Shown here in pieces: positions 34,501-40,675 of a stretch of 64,000 nucleotides of DNA. Where the stretch lies: IMG/VR virus record IMGVR_UViG_3300010354_000084, positions 233 through 64,232 of that record; one strand, written 5' to 3'. The position numbers and the translations under genes are program-made. The stretch is from a virus. Taxonomy: Duplodnaviria > Caudoviricetes. Every line of letters starts with the position of its first letter. The stretch's first letter is position 1. Under the pieces are notes generated by a model, which saw only the letters and a program-made list of their open reading frames with translations, was not told the DNA's origin and ran no database searches.

Positions 34501-37500
34501 TTTTACCTAGATGCTTCAAACTTAGATTCTGGAACATTAAGATCAGATAGACTTTCTGGAACATATTCAATTGATATCACTGGTAAATCTGGTACTACTT
34601 CAAGACTCGAAACAAATACAGATTCTATTAATGCTATACCAGCACCTTCGGCTTATGCTTCTGGGTTATCTTTAGCTCTAAGAATTTCGGAAAATTATAG
34701 ATCTACAATATCTGACCGAACATTAGAAAATGAAGGTTCGAGAGTTACATTACTGACTGTAAGACCTTCTGGTATCGGCACCGATGCTGGTGGTGGTGGT
34801 CTTAAGCAGTTAGCATTTACTGATGGAACAGTAAACGTTGGTACAGGCGGTGGTGGTCCTAGTTCAGCAATTACTTCAGACGATGTTGTACCAAACCTTT
34901 ATATTCGTGGTACTGGCAACATTATCCCAACAGATCCAACTAATGCTTGGTCTCCATGGTATAAAGTATGGACATCTGGTAATGATGGCGTTAATTCTGG
35001 ATTAGACGCTGATAAGCTACAATCAAAAGATCTTAAATGGTTTACTAATGGATTTAACATTGATGGTGGATCTATTAATGATAGTAGATTACAACCAATT
35101 TTAACTACTAAGAAATTCTTAGAATCTTTAACGACAGTAAGATACATCGATAAACCACATTATGAAATTTATTTCTCTGGAAGACTTAACAACGGAGACT
35201 TGAATTTTGCTATTGGAAATACATATTCATTATATAATGACATTTTACAAGTTGTTGGTAATGTTACATTAAAACAGATTGAACAGAAATTCCCAATTGA
35301 AACAATAAAATCTGAACTGAATTATGTTGTATTGACAGTACAATTAGATAGTGGTTCAATTGGATCTGCTACAAAGATTGGATATACTGGATTCGAGCAA
35401 TCATGGAGTTCTTTGAGAATTTCTCCATTTGGAACTTACACATCATCTATTTTAGAAGATGATGGAACTGGTGCTAGATTAATTCTTGGAAGAAATGATG
35501 GTAATAACGTTGCTAATAACACTCCAGCAAATGGATCTATAATTGATTTCCATTCCAGTGGGGCATTTAATGATTTTGATGTAAGAATTAAAGTAACTGG
35601 TGGTAACAGCAGCAATGGCAATGGTGCTCTAAACATCACTGGTAATGGATTTACTTACAATAATAATACAGTATGGCATTCTGGAAATGACACTGATGAT
35701 TCTGGTCTAAACGCTAATACCTTACAGGGCATTACAAGATTCCAGGTAATGAGATCTGATCAGGATACTTCAACATCTGGCAACCTAACTGTTACTGGAA
35801 CTTCAACTCTAAACAGTTTAGTCGTTATTAACGATGCTGCTCAATTAGCAGATAATACAATCATCGACCCAGATAGCTATGCTAACAAGGTTGTTGCTGG
35901 TACTATCGCTGATGGCGGCGGTTTCTCTGCTCTAGGTATTGGTGGTCAGAATGGAACTGGTAAGTCATGGGCTATTGGACATAATGGAACTTCATTGTTC
36001 TTTGCTATTGGAAATGGAAGTGCTGCTAATACTTTATCGTCTTGGGCAAAAGTAGATTCAGATAGAACTATTAGATTATATGCTAAAGACAATAGTTCAA
36101 TTTTCTTCACATCAGGAAATACCGATTATAGAATTTGGAATGAAAATAATGATGGTTCTGGATCTGGATTAGATGCTGATTTACTTGATGATAAAGATTG
36201 GAATTCCAGAGATAAATCAATTCTAAGAAACTCTGGAGATCATATTGCTGGTGGTATTTACATTAATAATGGTACTAAGTATCAGTCATCTAATTACGGT
36301 TTCTTACTTAAGCATTCTGATGCTACTGGTGTTTCTACTGGTGGTGGTGGAAGATTAGATATTGTATTTGGTAACGATGCTTCAAGATCGGCAGATAACG
36401 TTGTAAATACTTTAGCAACATTCTCCTTCGATAAGTCTGGTCAGTTAATTATTCCAGCTTCTACTGGAACTGCTCCATTCTCAATTTCATCAACAACTAA
36501 AGTAACCAATCTAAATGCTGATTTACTTGACGATCAGACTGGTTCTTACTACACCAATATGGACAATGCTGATGCTGGGACTCTGGCAGCAGTACGTGGT
36601 GGCACTGGATTGAATTCATATTCTGTTGGCGATATTTTATATGCTACTGCCACAACTCCAACTCTAGGTAAGTTGACAATTGGTAGTGCCAATCAAATTC
36701 TAACTGTAAATTCTTCTTCTACTGCCCCTCAGTGGACAACTCCTTCAACTATCACTGTTGGATTTGCTACTAATATTGGAATCACATCAGACACAGCAAC
36801 AACATCTGCTTTAGCTGTAGGATTCTTTAGTACATCTAGTTCCACAGCACCAGTCAAGTATAGCACAGATTCAACAAACGGATTAACATTTATTCCAAGT
36901 ACAGGAACATTAAAAGCGTCAATTTTCTCGGGTGCTTTATCTGGTAATGCTACCAGTGCTACAAATGTTTCTGCTGGTGGTTCTGCTGGTTCTCTATTAT
37001 ATCAATCATCTCTCAACACTACAACAACACTTGGAATTGGAACAGCTGGACAAATTCTTGTTGTTAACTCTACAGGAAATGCTCCTCAATGGACAACTCA
37101 AAGTGCTCTCACTGCTGGTAATATTGCTGGCGGCGCTCAGGGAGAGATTTTATATCAATCTGGTCCTGGATTAACAGGAAAACTTGCTGTCGGTACTGCT
37201 GGATTTATTCTATCTACGAATGGAAGTAATCAAAATCCTTCATGGATTTCTCAGTCTTCGATTACAGCGGGCAATATTAATGCTGGTACTACTGGTGATT
37301 TACTTTATCAATCTGCTTCTAGTAGCACTTCTAAATTAAATATTGGAACTGCTGGACAAGTTCTAGTTGTTAATGCTGGTGCTACCGCTCCTTCGTGGAC
37401 TGACCAAAGCAATATAACTGCTGGCAATATTGCTTCAGTTGCTGGAGACAATTTCAAACTTCTCTACCAATCTGCTGCCAATACGACATCAAAACTATCA

Positions 37501-39054
37501 ACAGGAACTGCTAACCAAGTTCTTCTTTCTGGAGGTTCTGCTGCTGCTCCAACATGGGTCAATCAATCTTCAGTTACAGCGGGCAATATTAGTGCTGGTA
37601 CTACTGGTGATTTACTTTATCAATCTGGTGCTGGTGCTACCGCTAAGTTAAATATTGGAACTGCTGGACAAGTTCTAGTTGTTAATGCTGGTGCTACCGC
37701 TCCTTCATGGGTTGCTCAAAATACACTCACTGCTGGCAATATTTCTGGTGGAGCTAACGGAGAACTTCTATATCAATCAGCATCTGGAACTACAACTAAG
37801 TTGGCAGTATCAACTGCTGGATATATTTTACAAACCAACGGAGGTGGATCAGCACCTTCATGGGTTGCTCAAAATACACTCACTGCTGGCAATATTTCTG
37901 GAGGAAGTGCTGGAGAACTTCTATATCAATCTGCTTCAAATACTACAGCAAAATTATCAGTAACCGCTGCTGTTGCTGGACAAGTATTAATATTAAATGC
38001 TAGTAAGATCCCATCATATACAGATCAATCAAATATAACTGCTGGCAATATTGCTTCAGTTGCTGGAGACAATTTCAAACTTCTCTACCAATCTGCTGCC
38101 AATACAACATCAAAACTATCAACAGGAACTGCTAATCAAGTTCTACTTTCTGGTGGTTCTTCTGCTGCTCCAGCATGGACAAACCAAAGTTCACTTTCTG
38201 TTGGATCTGCTGGCAATATTACTGGAGGTAATCAAGGTGAACTTCTTTATCAATCCGCTGCTGGTACAACATCTAAACTTGCTGCTGGGGCATCAACCCA
38301 AGTATTGATTGGTGGAACAACATCACCAGCTTGGTCAAACATTAGTGGATTAAATGTATTATCTGCCGTCAATTTAAGATTGGCAGCTAATAATACTACT
38401 GGCGCCATTCATTATCAAACTGGAGCTGATGCTACCACTGGTTTAGCAATCGGAACTGCTGGTCAAGTTCTAATTGTTAATGCTGGTGCTACTGCTCCTT
38501 CATGGACTGCTCAAAGTACGTTATCCGTGGGATCAGCTACTACAGCAACCAACGTTACCGCTGGTATGGTTGATAATGCTGATAATTACATGAACTTCCG
38601 TGTAATGAGAAACAGCAATACCACAACTAATAATGATGGTATGTTCATTGGTTATGGAAATAGCAATAGTGGAATTACAAGATTATATGGTGGTGGATCC
38701 ACAACCAATAACGTAACTATTAACTCTGCTGGCGATATAACTGCTTCTGGTCAAATTACAGCATCTTCTGATGTTAAACTTAAGGAAAATATCACTACAA
38801 TTGAAAATGCTCTTCATAAAGTTTCTAAACTTCGTGGTGTAGAATTTGATAGAATTGATATTAAGACTCATCAAATTGGTTTAATTGCTCAAGAAGTTGA
38901 AGAGATAATTCCTGAGGTTGTTCAGGAAAATGAAAATGGTTATAAGACTGTTGCTTATGGCAACGTAGTCGCTCTACTCATTGAAGCAATCAAGGATCAG
39001 CAAAATCAAATTAATGCTCTTCAAGAAGAAATTAAATCTTTAAAGAACAATTAA
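22555..39054 (+). CDS. Giant tail-fibre-like protein (5499 aa): split beta-helix, 11 phycobiliprotein-like domains, fibre repeats and C-terminal intramolecular chaperone (peptidase S74)
   Basis: IYVS...G.D.NNG beta-helix start; 11 CxRD repeats; SGLDADLLD-type fibre motifs; about 50-aa LLYQS repeats; C-terminal SDVKLKENI...IGLIAQEVE..IPEVV...LLIEAIK S74 signature. Confidence 0.8.
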   Translation: MSLKFNPKKQFIESSELNLNGKSFLTLSSGEGTENKEIVRVVRKNGTSRVGLNRTGEKIAKVTITNPGSGYLITPAITVSSPDGNINSRVAVLSAVRDPDTGSIISVLITDPGKGYTSPPSISFSDAPQGGVTARATCELDTIDYELDVLGAIRTSASIVSDSATVTNLNVQNFVTPGISLRAPRLVPYTNLTNTNLPFYGQTVYPESVTPPLQDQSNRIATTKFVYDVATNDVGGRIYVSSEIGSDTNNGRSPAKPVKTIKKAAQLAAATPVRETLIVAGGEYYEDNPISIPPLCSVIGDNLRLVIVRPLNPGRHMFKASNQNYMNGLTFRDALDTEGNPVYTHNFAFVFDDKQRFYFDDEIGGDPTRIDGSDSFQRRFPIGHKMFGQRSAILKIKEHDGDITTLQTLISNNISIVGQSSSCSAKVSSIISATPIPDYEWSEEQEYVLEDIISVEDSIYKVTTAGTSGTIAFSGTLSTPKQATNGTAAYIYLGDKKEAILNIIVNENSPAVTYTDDEVVQYTINNNFYSFNVALFTSTRAEGEVVKYGETEVRNYVVQSINASSWSTYPTPGDDGQLTVGSGGVVITFDGLHDLKEFDIVNIAKPNNSPSALSSFFGYQRVDEVLYDSDGFSRRIVIKKQIAPNYNSVYEPPPGQCTVRAKTKYVEISLLNSPYGFTDSTFTSYRFLDAVTFIRNNRDFIAEEITGAITSKYPDFVYPGTATSRYRFKDSRNLIYKNLDYIADEAIGWLYNESNYAVWGQSNLDKKDKCRRDVKYFLRGVANDLYDGGNKNSILVAKSYFNAVTGAPITGGIAGVEAQSVAVFNKARDLAKLAITNSLPVKPTYSPLSPYTDFSLTADPTTNTNQQNSNNCSDVRTAIDNLAFIVTDTIINGVNVLPEPTSNTQDGENFCKRDIKHILNAVMADLPYGGNAISVEAAKSYRNNSTSSIEYIANQHRQSRFAFRLARDYSILAMRNWQTKINMTFFEDSDVVEVNSTVGLVPKMRLYYYNLSDQQVATDYYIKEVLSPTQVRIWKHSTGTSGSDHTLDGSGSTAGNTRPINLKLEEGQTSLLSQWRDDLVPRTTDYPEFPECADVANTLINLFTLITDIVTNNTDDRYFDATDLIDANKEFIAEEVSGWLKETYDGFAYPLPVFTKIVLEQSVADVYPSYLKVNNLSDIKVGQLVSVSGDAISDNTYISSIDYDNNRIYLTKPLNALVGDEVTIHPDVYLDESMRYKDASNLILKNKNYIADRALAEVAVEYPDFNFPGNSVTDEFSRFADGYRLIQQNKKEIIDFASAEIAVQHPDFYFPGDTQTTQRSRFKDSYRLIQLNRQEIIDSAYAVMASAGLPNPAPTDLENKCKRDIGFLVDYISLDIFVGGNTYARKFILSYFDGNNFISNGLAGEVTQSITAFNAARDLMKQAIANQLTIKDLTITDDPLTNDNTDPNSCANVQSAITSLVAVVTDVLSSLDLNDLAVENDGNNNRYEDAADLIYSNKQEIIDRAAAQIGVDYPDFYYPGDPQTTPRSRFKDSYRLIQQNKTEIVTTAWTNMVTQYPAVASTETKCKRDLGYFVDAISLDLAQGGGNKYSRKFVLQYFNNGVPISNGLVGEVTESVYAFNQAKNLMQAAITNQLTVKDLTITADPNPGTGSSSNTNITSCSNVQTTISNLTGLVTSVLQNGNLSGLAEETNGIIPDGEAKCKRDIGHFVNAIEADLRQLTDYNTRTFLSYYFEEDGTGWASTTLEGEQTQSIVAFEKARDVIILAFTNQLYEKDLTITEDPLTGSNIDPDSCSDVQTLVGTLTTLVTDTITAGSLGSSRQNFISAATYNILRGEIKCKRDIGYFVDAVSLDVFTKGNIYSREFTKQYFTNVSSPLTNGLVGETAESITAFNKARDMMKKAVTNQLFVKDLTLSEGPATYGGGGGDIPLLPSGNTNSCVDVQSAITTATQIITTVISDGDLASLDSFTESQGEFGIGETKCRRDIGYIIDSVAKDLADGGNWRSVTAARYYFTEGQPISNGLVGEEAASIVAFNKAKDLMISAITNQLNYHDLSISIDPERLSNLDKYSCANVQSTITNLVSIITTIIDDGNLNSLNGITVTKGSYSTNERKCVRDIKYMIDAVINDITLNDSNKNSINYANFYKQQNGNIKLIDSQLIQSVAAFRKTRDLCVLAMRNWTEFPQKQLYNKKYTDLNYIRDEFVIVDDETPYCSNVASAITSRFDLIINILTGDADNEYLDTANQIAINENFIIEESLAAGEVAFPNTTIPNITKCKRDLRFILRAIQRDVILGGTVGIIRAADSYLTGANSGVDFVGDQLGKTLHIYEYAKHMAIAATRNWHFEIQNCATSGGFATVSVPNTDGIVIGMRVSANQFRYTDYTPNAYAHVIGIDREDNIITLDQVANVTTTTAKLYFTFSEVGAPWFDAANSISANKTFIAQEAVGYIEDIYPYLTTLNASPGYTELVSDYDNATCQRDIGYVLDAFIHDLRFGGNSETIRAAEYYRDASGHLDYIGNQLIQSLETFEKVKDLAILSIRNWKTGSSTTYTKEYATANYVVNNDLLDDPSGYPECAFVESSIESLFEQFIDVLTNNSGGTKIDAARLIARNFVYIAEEALGAANNQYPLINIPDETKCKRDIQLVLTAIIKDIITGGNSGILQATEAYLTPVGAVTFINDELQKSQYAFEYAKNLAKLAITNNLPAGTYTLETPYTDLSILPDPITNDNTDPDSCANIQSTIESIWAILDSVLTQSGAPLPSPNYGIQYNVIKYYPQNFPGKFAGTYFKGLQRASTDEFITEDTSYPECSTVVTTLINLFAILSSTLNGNPLPEVTNDNPFTPTLNQGTLYNPTVIQGSGTMTDAGNRPVIRGRMINANDVIEVSPYIQNCSIISFLGGGGCEVDGSKIKQINVPRPGLDENGKSILAPQGKSMVANAFTIISQGGTGYLVKEDGYCQLVSVFCIFCQDGILAETGGYASVTNSASNFGTYALRATGYRREPYSFDIGTIGEIGVSSAGKTIFKLNGLGRKPQENFIMKIDGYQNVVSDIEYFVTVVSQTTVGGTGEVSSRIELNDAILVKNISSGLTVNLNTSELIGKTVRLFRPSIINSSGHSFEYIGSGINYYGLPENGGQKKEDNEQVSQRYGRVYASGTDEAGDFKVGRTVKMENRTGNIYFTGQVSISEIEFLRIRGGDLIVTGFDQSPTLGGAAATNQKLPTQKAVRDFVTNNLGPFFNKPYSTNPVPNALVELGNDGKINLDQIPPIRPFKVYTVANSTERLALEGLNSGDIAVQVTRLNDVVSYTDVDVANNKIYTPKTGFSSGQIVSITNVTGDPILTDGGPVTSGNFYYIIVLENNYIQLASSPENVINEIPLVITDEGNGNTSIEIATGTVSYILNNDSDSQFLAYAPDSDVTFTNGQLVIGSATGAIGTVDDTLEGTLYSISVVSGGNVYLNESPSIIISAPDLPGGVQATATADVVGLRISSIKITEKGSGYSTPPTIQSSIGEIAWSSGQSYDVDDLIYVGTNLYTVTISGTSGNSAFSGQSVTPQPADGGTCFYSYVGERAEIIGFVESRVYINIENATKFIDTDNIEDHSTPQNTVNISRVVNTSSTNEFNWVPLTTASIDASSISTGTISTSRLSLPNSGSANSFTFLRGDQSYKPVVQGLKLPETKFLQKVLITSESGLSYLTFPLTSLIQTGQRVEGNGIPADTIVSDTVTISGNTRVILSSLITNTITKNSIITFYRTETPLQFDSTFTKGAYAANIFIENPGNYFISTGSGNSGENTIIVVDGTGVILNQQVTGTGIGTNATVTDVTFTTGTEAIITLSTNNTSSITNQSIQFGRPFTTGTFNNIELFGSNTGSGAKASFTIQNGLISNAVITDGGIGYTEDFFISPIPGALGTGTGAILKVLASSQQTYFSNIEVDIKRVNNQTTSLDPYGTVGVARFLKSQFNYGPNGALSLKTGPESGLDSDLLDGKQGAFYLDASNLDSGTLRSDRLSGTYSIDITGKSGTTSRLETNTDSINAIPAPSAYASGLSLALRISENYRSTISDRTLENEGSRVTLLTVRPSGIGTDAGGGGLKQLAFTDGTVNVGTGGGGPSSAITSDDVVPNLYIRGTGNIIPTDPTNAWSPWYKVWTSGNDGVNSGLDADKLQSKDLKWFTNGFNIDGGSINDSRLQPILTTKKFLESLTTVRYIDKPHYEIYFSGRLNNGDLNFAIGNTYSLYNDILQVVGNVTLKQIEQKFPIETIKSELNYVVLTVQLDSGSIGSATKIGYTGFEQSWSSLRISPFGTYTSSILEDDGTGARLILGRNDGNNVANNTPANGSIIDFHSSGAFNDFDVRIKVTGGNSSNGNGALNITGNGFTYNNNTVWHSGNDTDDSGLNANTLQGITRFQVMRSDQDTSTSGNLTVTGTSTLNSLVVINDAAQLADNTIIDPDSYANKVVAGTIADGGGFSALGIGGQNGTGKSWAIGHNGTSLFFAIGNGSAANTLSSWAKVDSDRTIRLYAKDNSSIFFTSGNTDYRIWNENNDGSGSGLDADLLDDKDWNSRDKSILRNSGDHIAGGIYINNGTKYQSSNYGFLLKHSDATGVSTGGGGRLDIVFGNDASRSADNVVNTLATFSFDKSGQLIIPASTGTAPFSISSTTKVTNLNADLLDDQTGSYYTNMDNADAGTLAAVRGGTGLNSYSVGDILYATATTPTLGKLTIGSANQILTVNSSSTAPQWTTPSTITVGFATNIGITSDTATTSALAVGFFSTSSSTAPVKYSTDSTNGLTFIPSTGTLKASIFSGALSGNATSATNVSAGGSAGSLLYQSSLNTTTTLGIGTAGQILVVNSTGNAPQWTTQSALTAGNIAGGAQGEILYQSGPGLTGKLAVGTAGFILSTNGSNQNPSWISQSSITAGNINAGTTGDLLYQSASSSTSKLNIGTAGQVLVVNAGATAPSWTDQSNITAGNIASVAGDNFKLLYQSAANTTSKLSTGTANQVLLSGGSAAAPTWVNQSSVTAGNISAGTTGDLLYQSGAGATAKLNIGTAGQVLVVNAGATAPSWVAQNTLTAGNISGGANGELLYQSASGTTTKLAVSTAGYILQTNGGGSAPSWVAQNTLTAGNISGGSAGELLYQSASNTTAKLSVTAAVAGQVLILNASKIPSYTDQSNITAGNIASVAGDNFKLLYQSAANTTSKLSTGTANQVLLSGGSSAAPAWTNQSSLSVGSAGNITGGNQGELLYQSAAGTTSKLAAGASTQVLIGGTTSPAWSNISGLNVLSAVNLRLAANNTTGAIHYQTGADATTGLAIGTAGQVLIVNAGATAPSWTAQSTLSVGSATTATNVTAGMVDNADNYMNFRVMRNSNTTTNNDGMFIGYGNSNSGITRLYGGGSTTNNVTINSAGDITASGQITASSDVKLKENITTIENALHKVSKLRGVEFDRIDIKTHQIGLIAQEVEEIIPEVVQENENGYKTVAYGNVVALLIEAIKDQQNQINALQEEIKSLKNN
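24610..31030 (+). repeat. Array of 11 phycobiliprotein-like (globin-fold) protein repeats within the 5499-aa gene
   Basis: CxRD Cys codons at 24862, 25285, 26635, 27250, 27655, 28063, 28492, 28888, 29374, 29974 and 30457; 11 second-Cys motifs; 11 helix-A-like xxDA motifs. Confidence 0.75.
36620..38540 (+). repeat. About 11 copies of a roughly 50-aa G/A/T/S-rich fibre repeat (AGNI..G..G.LLYQS....T.KL..GTAGQVL..N....PSW)
   Basis: Read from the translation; near-identical DNA blocks at about 37411-37515 and 38032-38136. Confidence 0.85.
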
Positions 39055-39072
39055 TACGGAAAACCCCACAAC

Positions 39073-39101
39073 TTGACTATAATAAATAACTATGTTACAA
39101 T
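39073..39101 (+). promoter_or_regulatory. Composite promoter: sigma70-like TTGACT-17-TACAAT (with extended TG) and a late box AATAAATA inside the spacer
   Basis: -35 at 39073-39078, -10 at 39096-39101, AATAAATA at 39081-39088. Confidence 0.6.
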
Positions 39102-39139
39102 ATCCACCATTCAGTATTATTAGGCAGGAGATTCGACAA

Positions 39140-39352
39140 ATGACAACTGATACAGCTTCTCTACGTGAGAACTTTAATAATCAACTCGCTAACGTTAATG
39201 AGCAGATTACCAAACTCGAAAAAGATTTGGAAAGAGCTAAAGAATATAAAATTAAACTACAAGGTGGTCTAGAAACTCTACAGATTCTAGATCCCCAAGA
39301 AGAAACATCAGCAGAAGAAACTCCAGTTTCTGAAACTGAAGTTGTAGAATGA
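39140..39352 (+). CDS. Small coiled-coil protein with acidic tail (70 aa)
   Basis: ATG 39140 is preceded by the SD-like CAGGAG and is preferred over the listed 39092 start, which overlaps the promoter; heptad pattern. Confidence 0.75.
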   Translation: MTTDTASLRENFNNQLANVNEQITKLEKDLERAKEYKIKLQGGLETLQILDPQEETSAEETPVSETEVVE

Positions 39353-39357
39353 TTCTT

Positions 39358-39378
39358 GCCCCCGAAAGGGGGTTTTTT
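39358..39378 (+). terminator. Intrinsic terminator GCCCCC-GAAA-GGGGGT-TTTTT
   Basis: GC stem, GNRA loop and U-tract just after the stop at 39352. Confidence 0.8.
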
Positions 39379-39381
39379 AAT

Positions 39382-39825
39382 ATGAAATTTGAATCTATTA
39401 TAGGACAATACTTAAATAAGAAGCAAGCGTTTTCTTATCCATCCCAGTATGCAATGATCAGAATTGTATACAAAGATCTGGGTAACAACAAATTACATTC
39501 TCAAAATTGGTATGAATATCAATATCCAAAAGGAAAACCATACCGACAAGAGTATCACAAGTATGAATACATATCACAAAATGAAGTGGCATTTCAATCA
39601 TATAATATGAATTGGGAGCATAATTGTGATTATATTTTTAATTATACAAATGGTTTCTGGGTAGCTACAGCATGTAAGGAATGTATTGTGAAAGACATAA
39701 GAATTGTCAGCGAAGTAAAGTTCAATGAATATCAGTATATTGCCAAGGATGCTGGTTATAATTCTGATGGAAAATTAGTGTTTGGTAAAGATACTGGAAG
39801 TCCCTTCATGTTTGACAGACTATAA
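39382..39825 (+). CDS. cpeT: Phage CpeT/CpcT-like (T-type) phycobiliprotein bilin lyase
   Basis: T-type lyase motifs G.Y.NKKQAF..P..Y..I, Q.WY......PYRQ, C.Y.F and D.GY..DG..VFG...PF.F. Length (147 aa) fits the short phage form. The alternative start at 39349 would translate through the terminator. Confidence 0.8.
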   Translation: MKFESIIGQYLNKKQAFSYPSQYAMIRIVYKDLGNNKLHSQNWYEYQYPKGKPYRQEYHKYEYISQNEVAFQSYNMNWEHNCDYIFNYTNGFWVATACKECIVKDIRIVSEVKFNEYQYIAKDAGYNSDGKLVFGKDTGSPFMFDRL

Positions 39826-39828
39826 ATA
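39821..39828 (+). promoter_or_regulatory. Late promoter TATAAATA upstream of g13
   Basis: Perfect consensus overlapping the cpeT stop codon. Confidence 0.75.
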
Positions 39829-39849
39829 TATAAAAGAGTCTGTGTATAA

Positions 39850-40674
39850 ATGGCAAGACCATCTAGTAGAGCAGAACTAATTGCTTATTGTAAACGCCAA
39901 TTAGGATCTCCAGTATTACAAATTAATATCGATGATGATCAAGTTGATGACATCATCGATACTGCCATTCAGTTTTATCAAGAGTGGCATTATGATGGTG
40001 TTGAAACCATGTATCTAAAACATGAAATTACAGAAGAAGATCAGAATCGATTTACTGGATCTGATGAATCAGAAGAAGCACCGAATGATGATATTTGGGT
40101 AAATAGAAATAATTATATAGAAGTTCCAGATCATGTTCTTGGAGTCACAAAAGTATTTGGAGTTTCTTCTAATTGGGTTCGTAATGATTTGTTTGGTTTG
40201 AGTAATCAATATTTCCTGATGGATATTTTTTCATTCTCATCTGGTTTTGCTTTTGGTAATTTTGACATGACAAATTACTACATGATTCGCCAGTATTTCG
40301 AAACTCTTGATATGGTTGTAAATACTGGAGCTTTAGTTCAATTCAGATTTAATAAACGTCAAGACCGATTGTACCTTGATGTTGACAAATCTAGAATAGT
40401 TCCAGGAAATTATTTACTAATTGAATGTCATAGAGCTTTAGATCCAGAAGATTGGTCTCAAGTATATAATGACAGTTTCTTGAAAAAATATGCCACTGCT
40501 TTAATGAAGAAGCAGTGGGGACAAAACTTAATTAAGTATAATAATGTGACTCTTCCTGGAGGGTTATCATTGAATGGTAGGCAACTTTACGAAGATGCTC
40601 TAGGAGAGATAGAGCAACTAGAAAATGATATGCCTACCAAGTATACACTTCCACCAATAGACATGATCGGATAA
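39850..40674 (+). CDS. gp13: Neck protein gp13
   Basis: MARPSSR.ELI.YC.RQLG.PVLQINID.DQ; YND.FLKKY.TAL.K.QWGQNL.KY..V.LPGG..LNG. Confidence 0.93.
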   Translation: MARPSSRAELIAYCKRQLGSPVLQINIDDDQVDDIIDTAIQFYQEWHYDGVETMYLKHEITEEDQNRFTGSDESEEAPNDDIWVNRNNYIEVPDHVLGVTKVFGVSSNWVRNDLFGLSNQYFLMDIFSFSSGFAFGNFDMTNYYMIRQYFETLDMVVNTGALVQFRFNKRQDRLYLDVDKSRIVPGNYLLIECHRALDPEDWSQVYNDSFLKKYATALMKKQWGQNLIKYNNVTLPGGLSLNGRQLYEDALGEIEQLENDMPTKYTLPPIDMIG

Positions 40675-40675
40675 G

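Noticed and set aside
14138-38136. Repeats as a CRISPR array or DGR template/variable pair
   Set aside because: The repeats are in-frame coding duplications without spacer periodicity or adenine-specific mismatches, and no cas or reverse transcriptase gene is in the window.
36932-38308. Leu-rich alternative-frame + strand ORFs in the LLYQS repeat region
   Set aside because: Frame-shifted readings of GCT/ACT/TCT-rich codons; no start signals or slippery site identified.
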